From: a virus
Taxonomy: Duplodnaviria; Caudoviricetes
DNA length: 36,250 nt
Reading direction: 5' to 3' (one strand)
IMG/VR virus record: IMGVR_UViG_3300047282_000451
Location: 1 to 36,250 of that record
Numbering within the stretch: the stretch's first letter is position 1; every line of letters begins with the position of its first letter. Below are positions 11,393 to 20,977 of the stretch, in pieces. The notes beneath the pieces were generated by a model. That model saw nothing but the letters and a program-made list of their open reading frames with translations, searched no databases and was not told where the DNA came from. Both the position numbers and the translations under genes were made by a program.

Positions 11393-12943
11393 ATGTCTGC
11401 TATCGTAACAGATCAATTTAGAATCTTAAATGCGAATAATTTTGTAGAGAGTATTGATAACTCATCAAATTCATATTATGTATTTTTAGGATTGCCTAAT
11501 CCTACACAAGTAGGATTTGGTAGAACTGCTGATTGGAATACGAATACTCCTAATCCAATTGACAATTTTAACGTTATTTCTCATGTTTCTGATACTATGA
11601 TCTTTGGCAAAAAGATCACGTCATTAAATGTTAGAAGATTAGTCAGGAGAATTGATTGGACTCAGGGGAATAGATATGAAATGTATCGCCATGATTATAG
11701 TATTACTTCTCCATCTCCAATAACTCAATCTTCTAGATTATACGATGCAAATTACTATGTAATGAATAGTAATTATAATGTTTATATTTGCATTGATAAT
11801 GGATCGTCGGGAATTAATACAACAGGAAATGCTTCACAAGATGAACCATTATTTACAGATTTAGAACCATCTAGAGCGGGTGAAAGTGGTGACGGATATA
11901 TTTGGAAGTATCTTTTTACAGTTTCACCCAGCGATATTATAAAATTTGATTCCACTGAATATATTTCAGTCCCAAATAATTGGTCATCATCTACAGATTC
12001 TCAAATACAAGCAGTCAGAGAAAATGGAAATTCAACAGTAAATAACAATCAAATTAAGAAGGTTTACATTGAAAATCAAGGATCTGGATATTCTGGTGGA
12101 CTTGCTCAAGAAGTTAACATTGTTGGTGATGGAACAGGAGCAAAAGTTGTTGTTGATGTTGTCAGTGGAAAAATAACAAATGCCACAGTTTCATCCGGTG
12201 GAAAAAATTACACTTATGGTATGGTTGATTTAGGATCAATCAATGCTAATGCTAGCGGAAATTTTGCAAAATTAATTCCAATCATTCCACCATCAAAAGG
12301 GCATGGATATGATCTATACAGAGAATTGGGAACGGATAAGGTTTTAATCTATGCCAGATTTGATGACTCAACCAAAGATTTCCCAACTGATACTAAATTT
12401 TCCCAAATTGGTATAGTAAAAAATCCCACATCGATAGGGTCAACCTCAGTATTTGTAGAAAATCAATTTTCTTCACTATATTCTTTGAAGTTTTCTTCAG
12501 TTTCTGGAACACTTAGTATTGGTGACAAAATTAGTCAATCAGTAACTAATGGATCTGCCCGTGGATACGTTGCTTCATATGATTCGGAAACAAAAGTTCT
12601 TAAATATTATAGAGATAGATCTCTATATTTAAATCAAACAACTTTAAATCAAATTGATTATGTAGGAGTTTCCACAAATTCTAAAGTATTAGATTTTGAG
12701 TCATCAGCAAATCCTGTTACAACTTCTGGTGGTTTTTCTGGATCTATTGATATAAACTTTACTGGAATCACTACGAATCCAACCGGAAATAAAATTATTA
12801 GTCTTGGTAGTCAGTTTACAAATGGACTTTCAAATCCAGAGATAAATAAAGGGTCAGGTGAAATTATTTACTTAGATAATAGACCTTTGATTACAAGAAA
12901 TTCTAGACAAAAAGAAGACATTAAAATTATCCTGGAATTCTAA
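11393..12943 (+). CDS. gp8: Baseplate wedge subunit gp8
   Basis: MSAIVTDQFR start. The motifs 'YVMNSNYNVYICIDNG', 'DGYIWKYLFT', 'PPSKGHG' and the C-terminal 'SGEIIYLDNR...QKEDIKIILEF' are typical of T4-like gp8. The start was moved from TTG 11360 to ATG 11393, downstream of the late promoter. Confidence 0.9.
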   Translation: MSAIVTDQFRILNANNFVESIDNSSNSYYVFLGLPNPTQVGFGRTADWNTNTPNPIDNFNVISHVSDTMIFGKKITSLNVRRLVRRIDWTQGNRYEMYRHDYSITSPSPITQSSRLYDANYYVMNSNYNVYICIDNGSSGINTTGNASQDEPLFTDLEPSRAGESGDGYIWKYLFTVSPSDIIKFDSTEYISVPNNWSSSTDSQIQAVRENGNSTVNNNQIKKVYIENQGSGYSGGLAQEVNIVGDGTGAKVVVDVVSGKITNATVSSGGKNYTYGMVDLGSINANASGNFAKLIPIIPPSKGHGYDLYRELGTDKVLIYARFDDSTKDFPTDTKFSQIGIVKNPTSIGSTSVFVENQFSSLYSLKFSSVSGTLSIGDKISQSVTNGSARGYVASYDSETKVLKYYRDRSLYLNQTTLNQIDYVGVSTNSKVLDFESSANPVTTSGGFSGSIDINFTGITTNPTGNKIISLGSQFTNGLSNPEINKGSGEIIYLDNRPLITRNSRQKEDIKIILEF

Positions 12944-12946
12944 AAA

Positions 12947-13606
12947 ATGCCACAGAAAACTAATTTAAATATCAACCCTTATTATGATGACTTTAATAAG
13001 GATAATAATTTTTACAAGGTTTTATTCAAGCCAGGATATCCAGTACAAGCTAGAGAATTAACAACTCTACAATCAATATTACAAAATCAGATAGAGTCTT
13101 TCGGAAGTCATATCTTTAAAGAGGGATCTATGGTGATCCCAGGTAATATTAATTATGATTCTGAATATTATTCAATAAGATTAAATCCAGAGCATTTAGG
13201 AATTCCAGTTTCATTGTATGCGGAGCAGTTAGTAGGAAAAAGATTAACCGGTCAAGATTCTGGAATTACCATAGTAGTTGATAAATATTCTCTTCCATCG
13301 GACTCAGAAGAAATTACAGATTTGACTTTATTTGTCAAATATCTTGGATCTGGACCAGATAATAATGTCAGTACATTAAATGACGGCGAATTTTTAATCA
13401 CTGAAGAGTCATTTGTCTACGGAAATACTCCTATCAATGCGGGAGATACTGTTGCTACGTTAGTTTCTTTAAATGCTTCGGCAATTGGTTGTGCGGTTGG
13501 AATTTCTCAAGGTGTTTATTTTATCAGAGGAACGTTTGTAGATGTATCGACTGATAAAATTATTTTGGATCCATACTCCAATTCACCATCATATAGTTAC
13601 TGCTAA
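12947..13606 (+). CDS. N-terminal part of DUF4815/VrlC-like large virion structural protein (frameshifted)
   Basis: 'MPQKTNLNINPYYDDF...VLFKPGYPVQARELTTLQSILQNQ' is the characteristic N-terminus of this family. The frame ends shortly after 'ILDPYSNSPSY'. Confidence 0.85.
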   Translation: MPQKTNLNINPYYDDFNKDNNFYKVLFKPGYPVQARELTTLQSILQNQIESFGSHIFKEGSMVIPGNINYDSEYYSIRLNPEHLGIPVSLYAEQLVGKRLTGQDSGITIVVDKYSLPSDSEEITDLTLFVKYLGSGPDNNVSTLNDGEFLITEESFVYGNTPINAGDTVATLVSLNASAIGCAVGISQGVYFIRGTFVDVSTDKIILDPYSNSPSYSYC

Positions 13607-16600
13607 AGATGATTCTACTCTCTATGACAATGCTAGAGGATTTTCTAACTATGCTGCACCAGGAGCAGATAGATTAAAAATTTCAACAGTTTTATCAAAA
13701 AAATCATTAACAGATTTTAATGATAAGAGTTTTGTAGAATTAATTAGACTTGATAACGGAGAAGTAAAAAAATTACAAGATAAATCTAATTATTCAATTA
13801 TTAAAGAATATTTTGCAAAAAGAACTTATGAAGAATCTGGCGATTATGCAATAGATAAGTTTAATATCCAAGTAACAAATTCTTTGAATGATGGTATTTC
13901 AAATGGAGGAATTTATTTATCAAATCAAGTAACTGATTCTGGAAATATTCCATCAGATGATTTGATGTGTGTCAAAGTTTCTCCAGGAAAGGCTTATGTG
14001 AGAGGATTTGATATTACGAAAGAATTAACAACAATATTAGATGTAGATAAACCAAGGAATAAGGAAACTGTACAAACGTCTCTAGTGCCCTTTGAGATGG
14101 GTAACCTACTAAAAGTTAATAATGTTACTGGAACTCCATTTGTAGGCATTAACAATGTAAATAATGTAGTATCATTTTATAACCAAAGAAAAGCATCTGA
14201 GGGATCTGGAACTGGAACTGAAATTGGACAGGCTAGAGTATACTCATTTGAATTAAGTGACGCAGCATATTCAAATGATGGAACCGAATGGGACTTATAC
14301 CTTTTTGATGTTCAAACTTATACAAAATTAACAATTAATCAAAGTTTAAATTCTAATCAATGTCCAGTAACTTCATATGTAAGAGGTGTCAGTAGTAATG
14401 CATCTGGATATGTTGTCACTGCTCCATCAAATTCAGAATTGACGTTAACGCAAACTTCTGGGTCTTTTATTGCTGGGGAACAAATTTTAATAAATGAGTC
14501 AGTAGAATACTCTAGAAGTATTGTCAGTGTGAAAGCATTCAATACACAAGATATAAAATCTATTTTCCAAAGTTCAACTTCAATTTCTTCAGGAATAAAA
14601 ACATCGTTTGTTGCAGATACAGTTCTTCAGAGATTTGTTCCTGCTGGATTTAATATTACTGATAGAATAACGATTACTGGAGGCACTGATGCGGGAACAG
14701 TTACTTGTCCAGGTAAAAACTTTTTAGGAATTAGAAGTGATACTATCATTAGATATCAAATTTCTGGATTAACTACCGAAACCTATAATAGAGTTGTATC
14801 CGTTTCCAGTGGTGGAACATCAATGACACTTGCGGGAATATCTAGTGTATTTGGTGTTTGTGATGGTGGTCTCCCATCTAGTAACCAATCTGTAACATTT
14901 TCTATTGGGATTCCAAATATTAAAAATGATGAAAATGCGGGTCTTTATGCACCATTAAGTGCCTCCAATGTTTCTGATGTAAGTCTTTCAAATTCAAATC
15001 TTCTTGTTACAACTCAACTTAGAGAACTTACAACAAACTCAGTTGGATCTTTGAGTGTTGATGTAAATTCAACTGGAATTTCTAGTGCGTTTTTTGAAAC
15101 ATTTGATGCCGAGAGATATTCCATACACTATTCAAATGGTGATATAGAAGATTTGACTGGAGATCAATTTACTCTCAATTCAAATGGATCTCAAGTTGTA
15201 TTTTCTGGTTTAAGAGCAAGTCAATCGTCCAATGTGACATTGAATGCAACAGTGAGAAAAAATCTCATCAGAAATAAGCAAAAGGATTTTATTAGAAGTC
15301 AAAAAATTATCGTTAATAGGACTATTTCTGGAGTTTCTACATCTTTGAGTGGATTGAGCACTAGTCAATTTTATGGTTTAAGAGTTCAAGACAAAGAAAT
15401 TTCATTAAATGTTCCCGATGTTGTTAATATTGTTGGGGTTTTTGAGTCTTTAGATACATCCAATCCAACTTTAGATAAACTAACTTTTGTTTCTGGATTA
15501 TCATTGGATACAAATTCAATTTTAGGTGAAAGAATTGTAGGATCTGAAAGTGGTGCTATCGCCCAGATTGCGACAAGATCATCTTCCACCGAAGTTGAAA
15601 TTTGTTATTTAACATCACAATCTTTTAGTGTCGGTGAGACTGTTACCTTTGAAGAATCAAATATTGTAACTAATATTCAAAATATAACATTAGGAAACTA
15701 TTTAAATATCACTAATAGATTTGATTTAGATAAAGGTCAAAAGGAGCAATATTACGATTATTCTAAAATTGTAAGAAAGATTAATTTTCCCGAACCAACT
15801 AGAAAATTATTAATAGTATATAACTATTATTCAGTACCATCTAATGATCTTGGAGACTTGTATAGCGTTGAATCTTATAATGAAGAAAGATTCGCCAAAG
15901 ATATTCCAATTTTAAGAAATGGATTGAGAGCATCGGACACTCTTGATTTTAGACCAAGAGTCGCAGAATTTACATCTACAACATCTTCACCATTTGCATT
16001 TTCAAGTAGAAATTTCCAATCCTCTGGAAACAATCCAACTCTAGTTGTAGCACCAAATGAAAGTTCCTTAATTGGATATAGTTATTATTTACCAAGAATT
16101 GATAAGTTAATTCTTGATAGTCTTGGCAATTTTTCAATTATCAAGGGAGTATCTTCACTAAATCCTAAAGAACCAACAAATGTTGAAAGTGCGATGGATA
16201 TTGCACTAATTAATCTTCCAGCATATCTTTACGATCCAAACGATGCGACTATAACTCTTGTTGATAATAGAAGATATACGATGAGAGATATTGGAAAACT
16301 TGATGATAGGATTTCAACTCTAGAAGTAGTTACTTCCTTAAGTTTACTTGAACTTGATACCAAAACTCTTCAGATACAAGATTCTGACGGACTTTCTAGA
16401 TTTAAATCTGGATTTTTTGTAGATGATTTTAAGAATAATAATCTTTTAGATTTAAATAATCCAGACTGTAAGTGTGATGTTGATGTAGAGAACAGAGAAT
16501 TAAACACTCCTCTCGATTTTTATTCGTTAAAACCAGAATTATCACTATTAGCATCAATAAACACTGACACTGCAGATTTTTCATCAAATCTCGAACTTTT

Positions 16601-19600
16601 AGATTCAAATGTGACAAAAACAGGAGATTTGATTACATTAGATTATACTCCAGTGAAATGGATTGAACAACCACTAGCTTCTAGAGTTGAAAATGTTAAT
16701 CCATTTAATATGATCGAATTTGTAGGTAGAGTTCAATTAAGTCCAGCATCCGACAATTGGGTTAGAAATGTAATTTTAAGTGGTGGTAATAGAACAATTA
16801 CTGGCGACTCTAATCGCTCATACGTAGAAACTATTAAAATTGGTAGTGAACCAGATACTCATATTCGTTCAAGAAATGTTGCTTTTGGTGCTGGTGGATT
16901 AAGACCAATAACTAGATATTATCCATTTTTTGATAGTGCAAGTGGTATTGATATAGTTCCAAAACTTTTAGAAATTTCTATGACATCCGGTATTTTCCAA
17001 AATGGAGAAACTGTAGATGGATTTGTAGGTGGAACTAAAATTATAACCTTTAGAACATGTCAACCAAATCATAAAACCGGTGATACTAATAATCCAACAA
17101 CAACGTTTAATGCCAATCCATACAATACCTCAATAAGTCTTTCTTCATCATATTCAGCATCATCGACAATTTTAAACGTAGATGTTGCCTCTCTTTCTGA
17201 AGAATCTCAAGGAACATTTTTTGGATATGTAAATATTGGTACTGTTTTAGTTGGTAGAACTAGTGGTGCTCAAGCATCTATTACTAATGTAAGATTAGTA
17301 ACCGATACTTTTGGCGATGTCGGTGGAGCATTCTTCTTCAAAAATCCATTAGCATCTCCACCTCCAGCATTACGTTTTAGAACCGGTACTAAAACATTTA
17401 AACTTACATCCAGTTCCACTAATTCAACTTCACCTACAGGAAGTTTATTAATCAGTAGTGCTGAAACTAGTTATTCAACTAGTGGGATTGTAGATACCTT
17501 TACCCAAACAAATGTTATTGTGAGAAGACCACCACCTCCACCACCTGCCCGTAGAGGTGGAAAAGATCCTCTTGCACAGACATTTACAGTTGATGAAACT
17601 GGAGCATTTTTAACTTCTGTTGATTTATTTTTCGCAAATAAAGATTCTAGGGAAAAAGTTACTGTTGAATTAAGAACTGTAGAACTTGGAACACCAACAA
17701 ATAAATTAGTTCAAGATTTTGCATCAGTCACTCTTGAACCATCACAAGTTAATACATCTTCGGATGGATCTATTCCCACGAGAGTTACTTTCCCATCACC
17801 AATTTATTTGGAACCAGGCGGAGAATATGCAATTGTTATTCTTTCACCTTCATCAAATAATTACGAAACTTGGATTGCAAGAATGGGTGAAAGGACAGTA
17901 AACACTCAGAATTTACCGGATGCTGAAAGTGTAATAGTAACCAGACAATACTTGGGTGGAAGTTTATTCAAATCGCAAAATGGGACTATTTGGACCCCAA
18001 GTCAATTTGAAGATCTTAAGTTTACTCTCTACAAGGCACAGTTTACACAAAATACTGGAACAGTTTATTTTTATAATCCAAAATTAGATATTGGAAATGG
18101 TCAAACACCAAGATTGTTGCCAAATCCAATTAAAACTTTACCTAGAAAGTTGAAGGTTGGAATCACAACTACAACAACTCTTGGAACTATTTTAGTTCCA
18201 GGTAGAAAAGTAAGTGAAACTAATGCATCAGGTCCTTATGGATATATTGAAAATGTTGGAAGTAGAATCTCTGCACTTTCATTAACAAATGTGGGTGTTG
18301 GGTATTCAAATGGAACATTTAATGGAGTAACTTTTTATTCTATTACTGGAAATGGTTCCGGAGCAGTTGGTATTGTTACTGTTGCTTCAAATTCTGTTTC
18401 TGCAGTATCTATTACTACTCCAGGAAATGGTTATGCTATTGGAGATGTTCTTGGAATTACAACAAGTAATGTCGTTAAGGGATCTAATGCTTCAATTACA
18501 GTTTCCGATATTAATGGAATTGATACATTATATCTAACAAATGTTCAGGGTGAAGAATTTACCGATGGGCAAGATCTGGTCTATTTCGATGGATCAACTG
18601 CCGTCGCTCTGGCAAACACTGATATTAGAGGATCTTCTTCTCTCATTAGCAATCTTTATGATGGTAGAGTAATTGAGGTTGAGCATTATAATCACGGTAT
18701 GATGGCAGATAATAATAAAGTTACTCTTGCTAATATTGAACCAAATACTGCCCCAATTCTCTTAACTGCCGATATTGGTACTAATGCAACTACTATTTCT
18801 GTTGCTAGTACATCATCTTTTGCTACATTTGAAGGAATTTCAACCTCATCTGGTTATGTTAAAATTAATAATGAAATTATTTACTATAATAGTATTGGAT
18901 CTGGAACACTTGGTATTGGTACAAGAGGCGTAGATGGATCATTAACAAGAACTCATAGTGTTAATGATCTTTGCTATAAGTATGAATTGAATAATGTCTC
19001 ACTAACAAAAATTAATACCACACATGATATGCCAACAGATGCTGCCCTAAAAGCATCCAAAAATATTGATAAGTATTACTTACAAATTAATAGATCAAAT
19101 AGACCATCTGGAGATAATCAATTAAGTTTTTCGGATGAAAGATCACTTGGGGGAATGGAAGTATTTGCTTCACAAAATTTCCAATATAATGCAATTATTC
19201 CCCAAATTAATGTTATCACACCAGGAGAAACTACACGAATTTCAGCAGAAATAAGATCTGTTTCTGGAACTAGTGCTGGAGGATCTGAAGTTTCATTTAT
19301 TGATCAAGGTTATGAATCTGTCGAATTAAATCAACTTAATAAACTTTCTTCTACAAGATTAGTTTGTTCGGCAATCAATGAAACTACTAGACTAACAGAT
19401 CTTCCCAAAAATAGATCGACAACTTTAGCAGTTCAATTTAATTCACAAGACCCCAATCTTTCACCTGTAATTGATAGTCAAAATGCTGTTTTAATTTTAC
19501 AAAGAAATAGACTTAACTCCCCTATTACAAATTATTCCACTGATTCTAGAGTTAAATTAATTTCAGGAGATCCGCATTCGGCAATTTACATTTCAAATAG

Positions 19601-19985
19601 AATTGACTTAAAGCAACCAGCAACCTCCCTTAAAGTTTTTGTTTCTGCTTATAGACATTCTTCTGCTGATTTTAGAGTTCTTTATAGACTCTTCAAACCA
19701 GACTCTAGTGAAATTGAGCAATCTTACGAACTATTCCCAGGATATGATAATCTGAGAGACTTGAATGGTGATGGATTTGGAGAATCAATCATAGATATAT
19801 CCATGAATAACGGAAAATCTGATGCCTTTGTCCCCTCAAGTAGAGATGATCAATTCTTAGAGTATCAGTTTAGTGCCAATGATCTTAGCAAATTTACAGG
19901 TTTTGCCATTAAAATAGTATGTTCTGGAACTAATGAAGCATATGCACCAAGATTTAAAGATTTGAGAGTAATTGCACTAGCATGA
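13593..19985 (+). CDS. C-terminal part of DUF4815/VrlC-like large virion structural protein (continues in +1 frame)
   Basis: Family-like sequence resumes at IVTAKDD...DNARGFSNYAAPGADRLKI, and includes RTYEESGDY, RRYTMRDIG, RFKSGFFVDDF, DPLAQTF, GSLFKSQN and C-terminal PRFKDLRVIALA. The annotated Met at 13542 gives a non-homologous leader. Confidence 0.85.
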   Translation: MVTAKDDSTLYDNARGFSNYAAPGADRLKISTVLSKKSLTDFNDKSFVELIRLDNGEVKKLQDKSNYSIIKEYFAKRTYEESGDYAIDKFNIQVTNSLNDGISNGGIYLSNQVTDSGNIPSDDLMCVKVSPGKAYVRGFDITKELTTILDVDKPRNKETVQTSLVPFEMGNLLKVNNVTGTPFVGINNVNNVVSFYNQRKASEGSGTGTEIGQARVYSFELSDAAYSNDGTEWDLYLFDVQTYTKLTINQSLNSNQCPVTSYVRGVSSNASGYVVTAPSNSELTLTQTSGSFIAGEQILINESVEYSRSIVSVKAFNTQDIKSIFQSSTSISSGIKTSFVADTVLQRFVPAGFNITDRITITGGTDAGTVTCPGKNFLGIRSDTIIRYQISGLTTETYNRVVSVSSGGTSMTLAGISSVFGVCDGGLPSSNQSVTFSIGIPNIKNDENAGLYAPLSASNVSDVSLSNSNLLVTTQLRELTTNSVGSLSVDVNSTGISSAFFETFDAERYSIHYSNGDIEDLTGDQFTLNSNGSQVVFSGLRASQSSNVTLNATVRKNLIRNKQKDFIRSQKIIVNRTISGVSTSLSGLSTSQFYGLRVQDKEISLNVPDVVNIVGVFESLDTSNPTLDKLTFVSGLSLDTNSILGERIVGSESGAIAQIATRSSSTEVEICYLTSQSFSVGETVTFEESNIVTNIQNITLGNYLNITNRFDLDKGQKEQYYDYSKIVRKINFPEPTRKLLIVYNYYSVPSNDLGDLYSVESYNEERFAKDIPILRNGLRASDTLDFRPRVAEFTSTTSSPFAFSSRNFQSSGNNPTLVVAPNESSLIGYSYYLPRIDKLILDSLGNFSIIKGVSSLNPKEPTNVESAMDIALINLPAYLYDPNDATITLVDNRRYTMRDIGKLDDRISTLEVVTSLSLLELDTKTLQIQDSDGLSRFKSGFFVDDFKNNNLLDLNNPDCKCDVDVENRELNTPLDFYSLKPELSLLASINTDTADFSSNLELLDSNVTKTGDLITLDYTPVKWIEQPLASRVENVNPFNMIEFVGRVQLSPASDNWVRNVILSGGNRTITGDSNRSYVETIKIGSEPDTHIRSRNVAFGAGGLRPITRYYPFFDSASGIDIVPKLLEISMTSGIFQNGETVDGFVGGTKIITFRTCQPNHKTGDTNNPTTTFNANPYNTSISLSSSYSASSTILNVDVASLSEESQGTFFGYVNIGTVLVGRTSGAQASITNVRLVTDTFGDVGGAFFFKNPLASPPPALRFRTGTKTFKLTSSSTNSTSPTGSLLISSAETSYSTSGIVDTFTQTNVIVRRPPPPPPARRGGKDPLAQTFTVDETGAFLTSVDLFFANKDSREKVTVELRTVELGTPTNKLVQDFASVTLEPSQVNTSSDGSIPTRVTFPSPIYLEPGGEYAIVILSPSSNNYETWIARMGERTVNTQNLPDAESVIVTRQYLGGSLFKSQNGTIWTPSQFEDLKFTLYKAQFTQNTGTVYFYNPKLDIGNGQTPRLLPNPIKTLPRKLKVGITTTTTLGTILVPGRKVSETNASGPYGYIENVGSRISALSLTNVGVGYSNGTFNGVTFYSITGNGSGAVGIVTVASNSVSAVSITTPGNGYAIGDVLGITTSNVVKGSNASITVSDINGIDTLYLTNVQGEEFTDGQDLVYFDGSTAVALANTDIRGSSSLISNLYDGRVIEVEHYNHGMMADNNKVTLANIEPNTAPILLTADIGTNATTISVASTSSFATFEGISTSSGYVKINNEIIYYNSIGSGTLGIGTRGVDGSLTRTHSVNDLCYKYELNNVSLTKINTTHDMPTDAALKASKNIDKYYLQINRSNRPSGDNQLSFSDERSLGGMEVFASQNFQYNAIIPQINVITPGETTRISAEIRSVSGTSAGGSEVSFIDQGYESVELNQLNKLSSTRLVCSAINETTRLTDLPKNRSTTLAVQFNSQDPNLSPVIDSQNAVLILQRNRLNSPITNYSTDSRVKLISGDPHSAIYISNRIDLKQPATSLKVFVSAYRHSSADFRVLYRLFKPDSSEIEQSYELFPGYDNLRDLNGDGFGESIIDISMNNGKSDAFVPSSRDDQFLEYQFSANDLSKFTGFAIKIVCSGTNEAYAPRFKDLRVIALA

Positions 19986-20182
19986 TTCCAGTTGAAGGGC
20001 ACAAACATCTTTATAGGGATGAAAACTCGGGTGCAATAGTAAATTGCGATACTGCTGCATATTCACAATATGTTAAAATGAAACATGAAAAAGAAAAACA
20101 AAAAGAGGAAATTACTCAAATTAAATCTGATATTGAAGAGATAAAAATTTTATTAAGGGAGATTATTAATGGATCCAAATAG
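19982..20182 (+). CDS. Small conserved phage protein with C-terminal coiled coil
   Basis: ATGA overlap with the upstream stop. 'IPVEGHKHLYRDENSGAIVN' plus a heptad C-terminus is commonly seen at this position in T4-like cyanophages. Confidence 0.8.
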   Translation: MIPVEGHKHLYRDENSGAIVNCDTAAYSQYVKMKHEKEKQKEEITQIKSDIEEIKILLREIINGSK

Positions 20183-20348
20183 CATTCAACTTGAAGATAT
20201 TAATAAGTTATTTGAATATGAAATGCAATCTAGAGAAATTGATGAATGTAATGACATTAACACACTTAAAACTATGTTAAAATTATCAATTAAGTTGTAT
20301 ATGAAACAACAGGAGGTTATAAAGGAACTCGGATTCAGACAAGTATAA
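20169..20348 (+). CDS. 59-aa helix-loop-helix protein, possibly NblA-like (phycobilisome degradation adaptor)
   Basis: Translated by hand: MDPNSIQLEDINKLFEYEMQSREIDECNDINTLKTMLKLSIKLYMKQQEVIKELGFRQV*. It has a good SD (AAGGGAG 20155-20161, 7-nt spacer) and fills the gap exactly. It is absent from the ORF track, whose shortest entries are 60 aa. The CDS is well supported; the NblA identity is tentative. Confidence 0.7.
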   Translation: MDPNSIQLEDINKLFEYEMQSREIDECNDINTLKTMLKLSIKLYMKQQEVIKELGFRQV

Positions 20349-20351
20349 ATA
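20344..20351 (+). promoter_or_regulatory. T4-type late promoter (TATAAATA)
   Basis: Exact motif overlapping the stop of the 59-aa ORF, upstream of ATG 20379. Confidence 0.8.
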
Positions 20352-20378
20352 TATTTTAGATCCTGAAGTTTTTTATAA

Positions 20379-20720
20379 ATGGCATCCGTTTATGTAAGTA
20401 ATCTAGTTGTAAATACTGGTACTACATTTACCCAGACTTTTTCACTAGAAAATAGTGATTCTAGTTCTAATCTAAACTTGAGTGGTTATACTATTTCTGC
20501 TCAAATGAGGAAACATGCCGGTAGTTCAACATATACAACGTTTAACACTTCTATAGTAAATGCTGCGAACGGTATAATTAAGATTGGGTTGGGAACTACA
20601 TCAACTGCTTCATTAAAACCAGGTCGTTATGTTTATGATGTTTTAATTGCTGATAATGCAGGAGTAATAACTAGAGTTGTTGAAGGATCTGTTCTCGTTA
20701 GGGAAGGAGTAACTCGCTAA
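20379..20720 (+). CDS. Putative virion structural protein (beta-sandwich, BppU-N-like)
   Basis: 'NLSGYTISAQMRKH...LKPGRYVYDV...TRVVEGSVLVREGVTR' pattern; follows a late promoter. Confidence 0.7.
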   Translation: MASVYVSNLVVNTGTTFTQTFSLENSDSSSNLNLSGYTISAQMRKHAGSSTYTTFNTSIVNAANGIIKIGLGTTSTASLKPGRYVYDVLIADNAGVITRVVEGSVLVREGVTR

Positions 20721-20977
20721 TGGCAGACATTAGAGTTAGAGTTGGTGCCCAAACCACAAAAGTTAGAGTTGGTCAACAAAATGCAATTAAAGTAGTTTCA
20801 TCAGTATCTGGAACTAGTCAAATTTCTTTGAGTGATTTACCTGATATTAACTTACCGCCAACACTTTCAGACGGAATGGTTCTTGTTTATAACGCAACAA
20901 CATCAAAGTGGGATGCAACGTTAGAACTAACACCAGGCATATCCCAAAATTTAGACATCAACGGAGGTAGCTTTTAA
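20720..20977 (+). CDS. Small fibre-associated protein
   Basis: TAATG coupling at both ends. It has the 'LSDLPDI...DGMVLVYNATTSKW' fibre repeat motif and ends DINGGSF. Confidence 0.7.
   Translation: MADIRVRVGAQTTKVRVGQQNAIKVVSSVSGTSQISLSDLPDINLPPTLSDGMVLVYNATTSKWDATLELTPGISQNLDINGGSF

Noticed and set aside
13542-13592. MYRLIKLFWIHTPIHHH as the genuine N-terminus of an independent 2147-aa gene
   Set aside because: It is an out-of-frame reading of the upstream conserved coding sequence; family similarity starts only at IVTAKDD.
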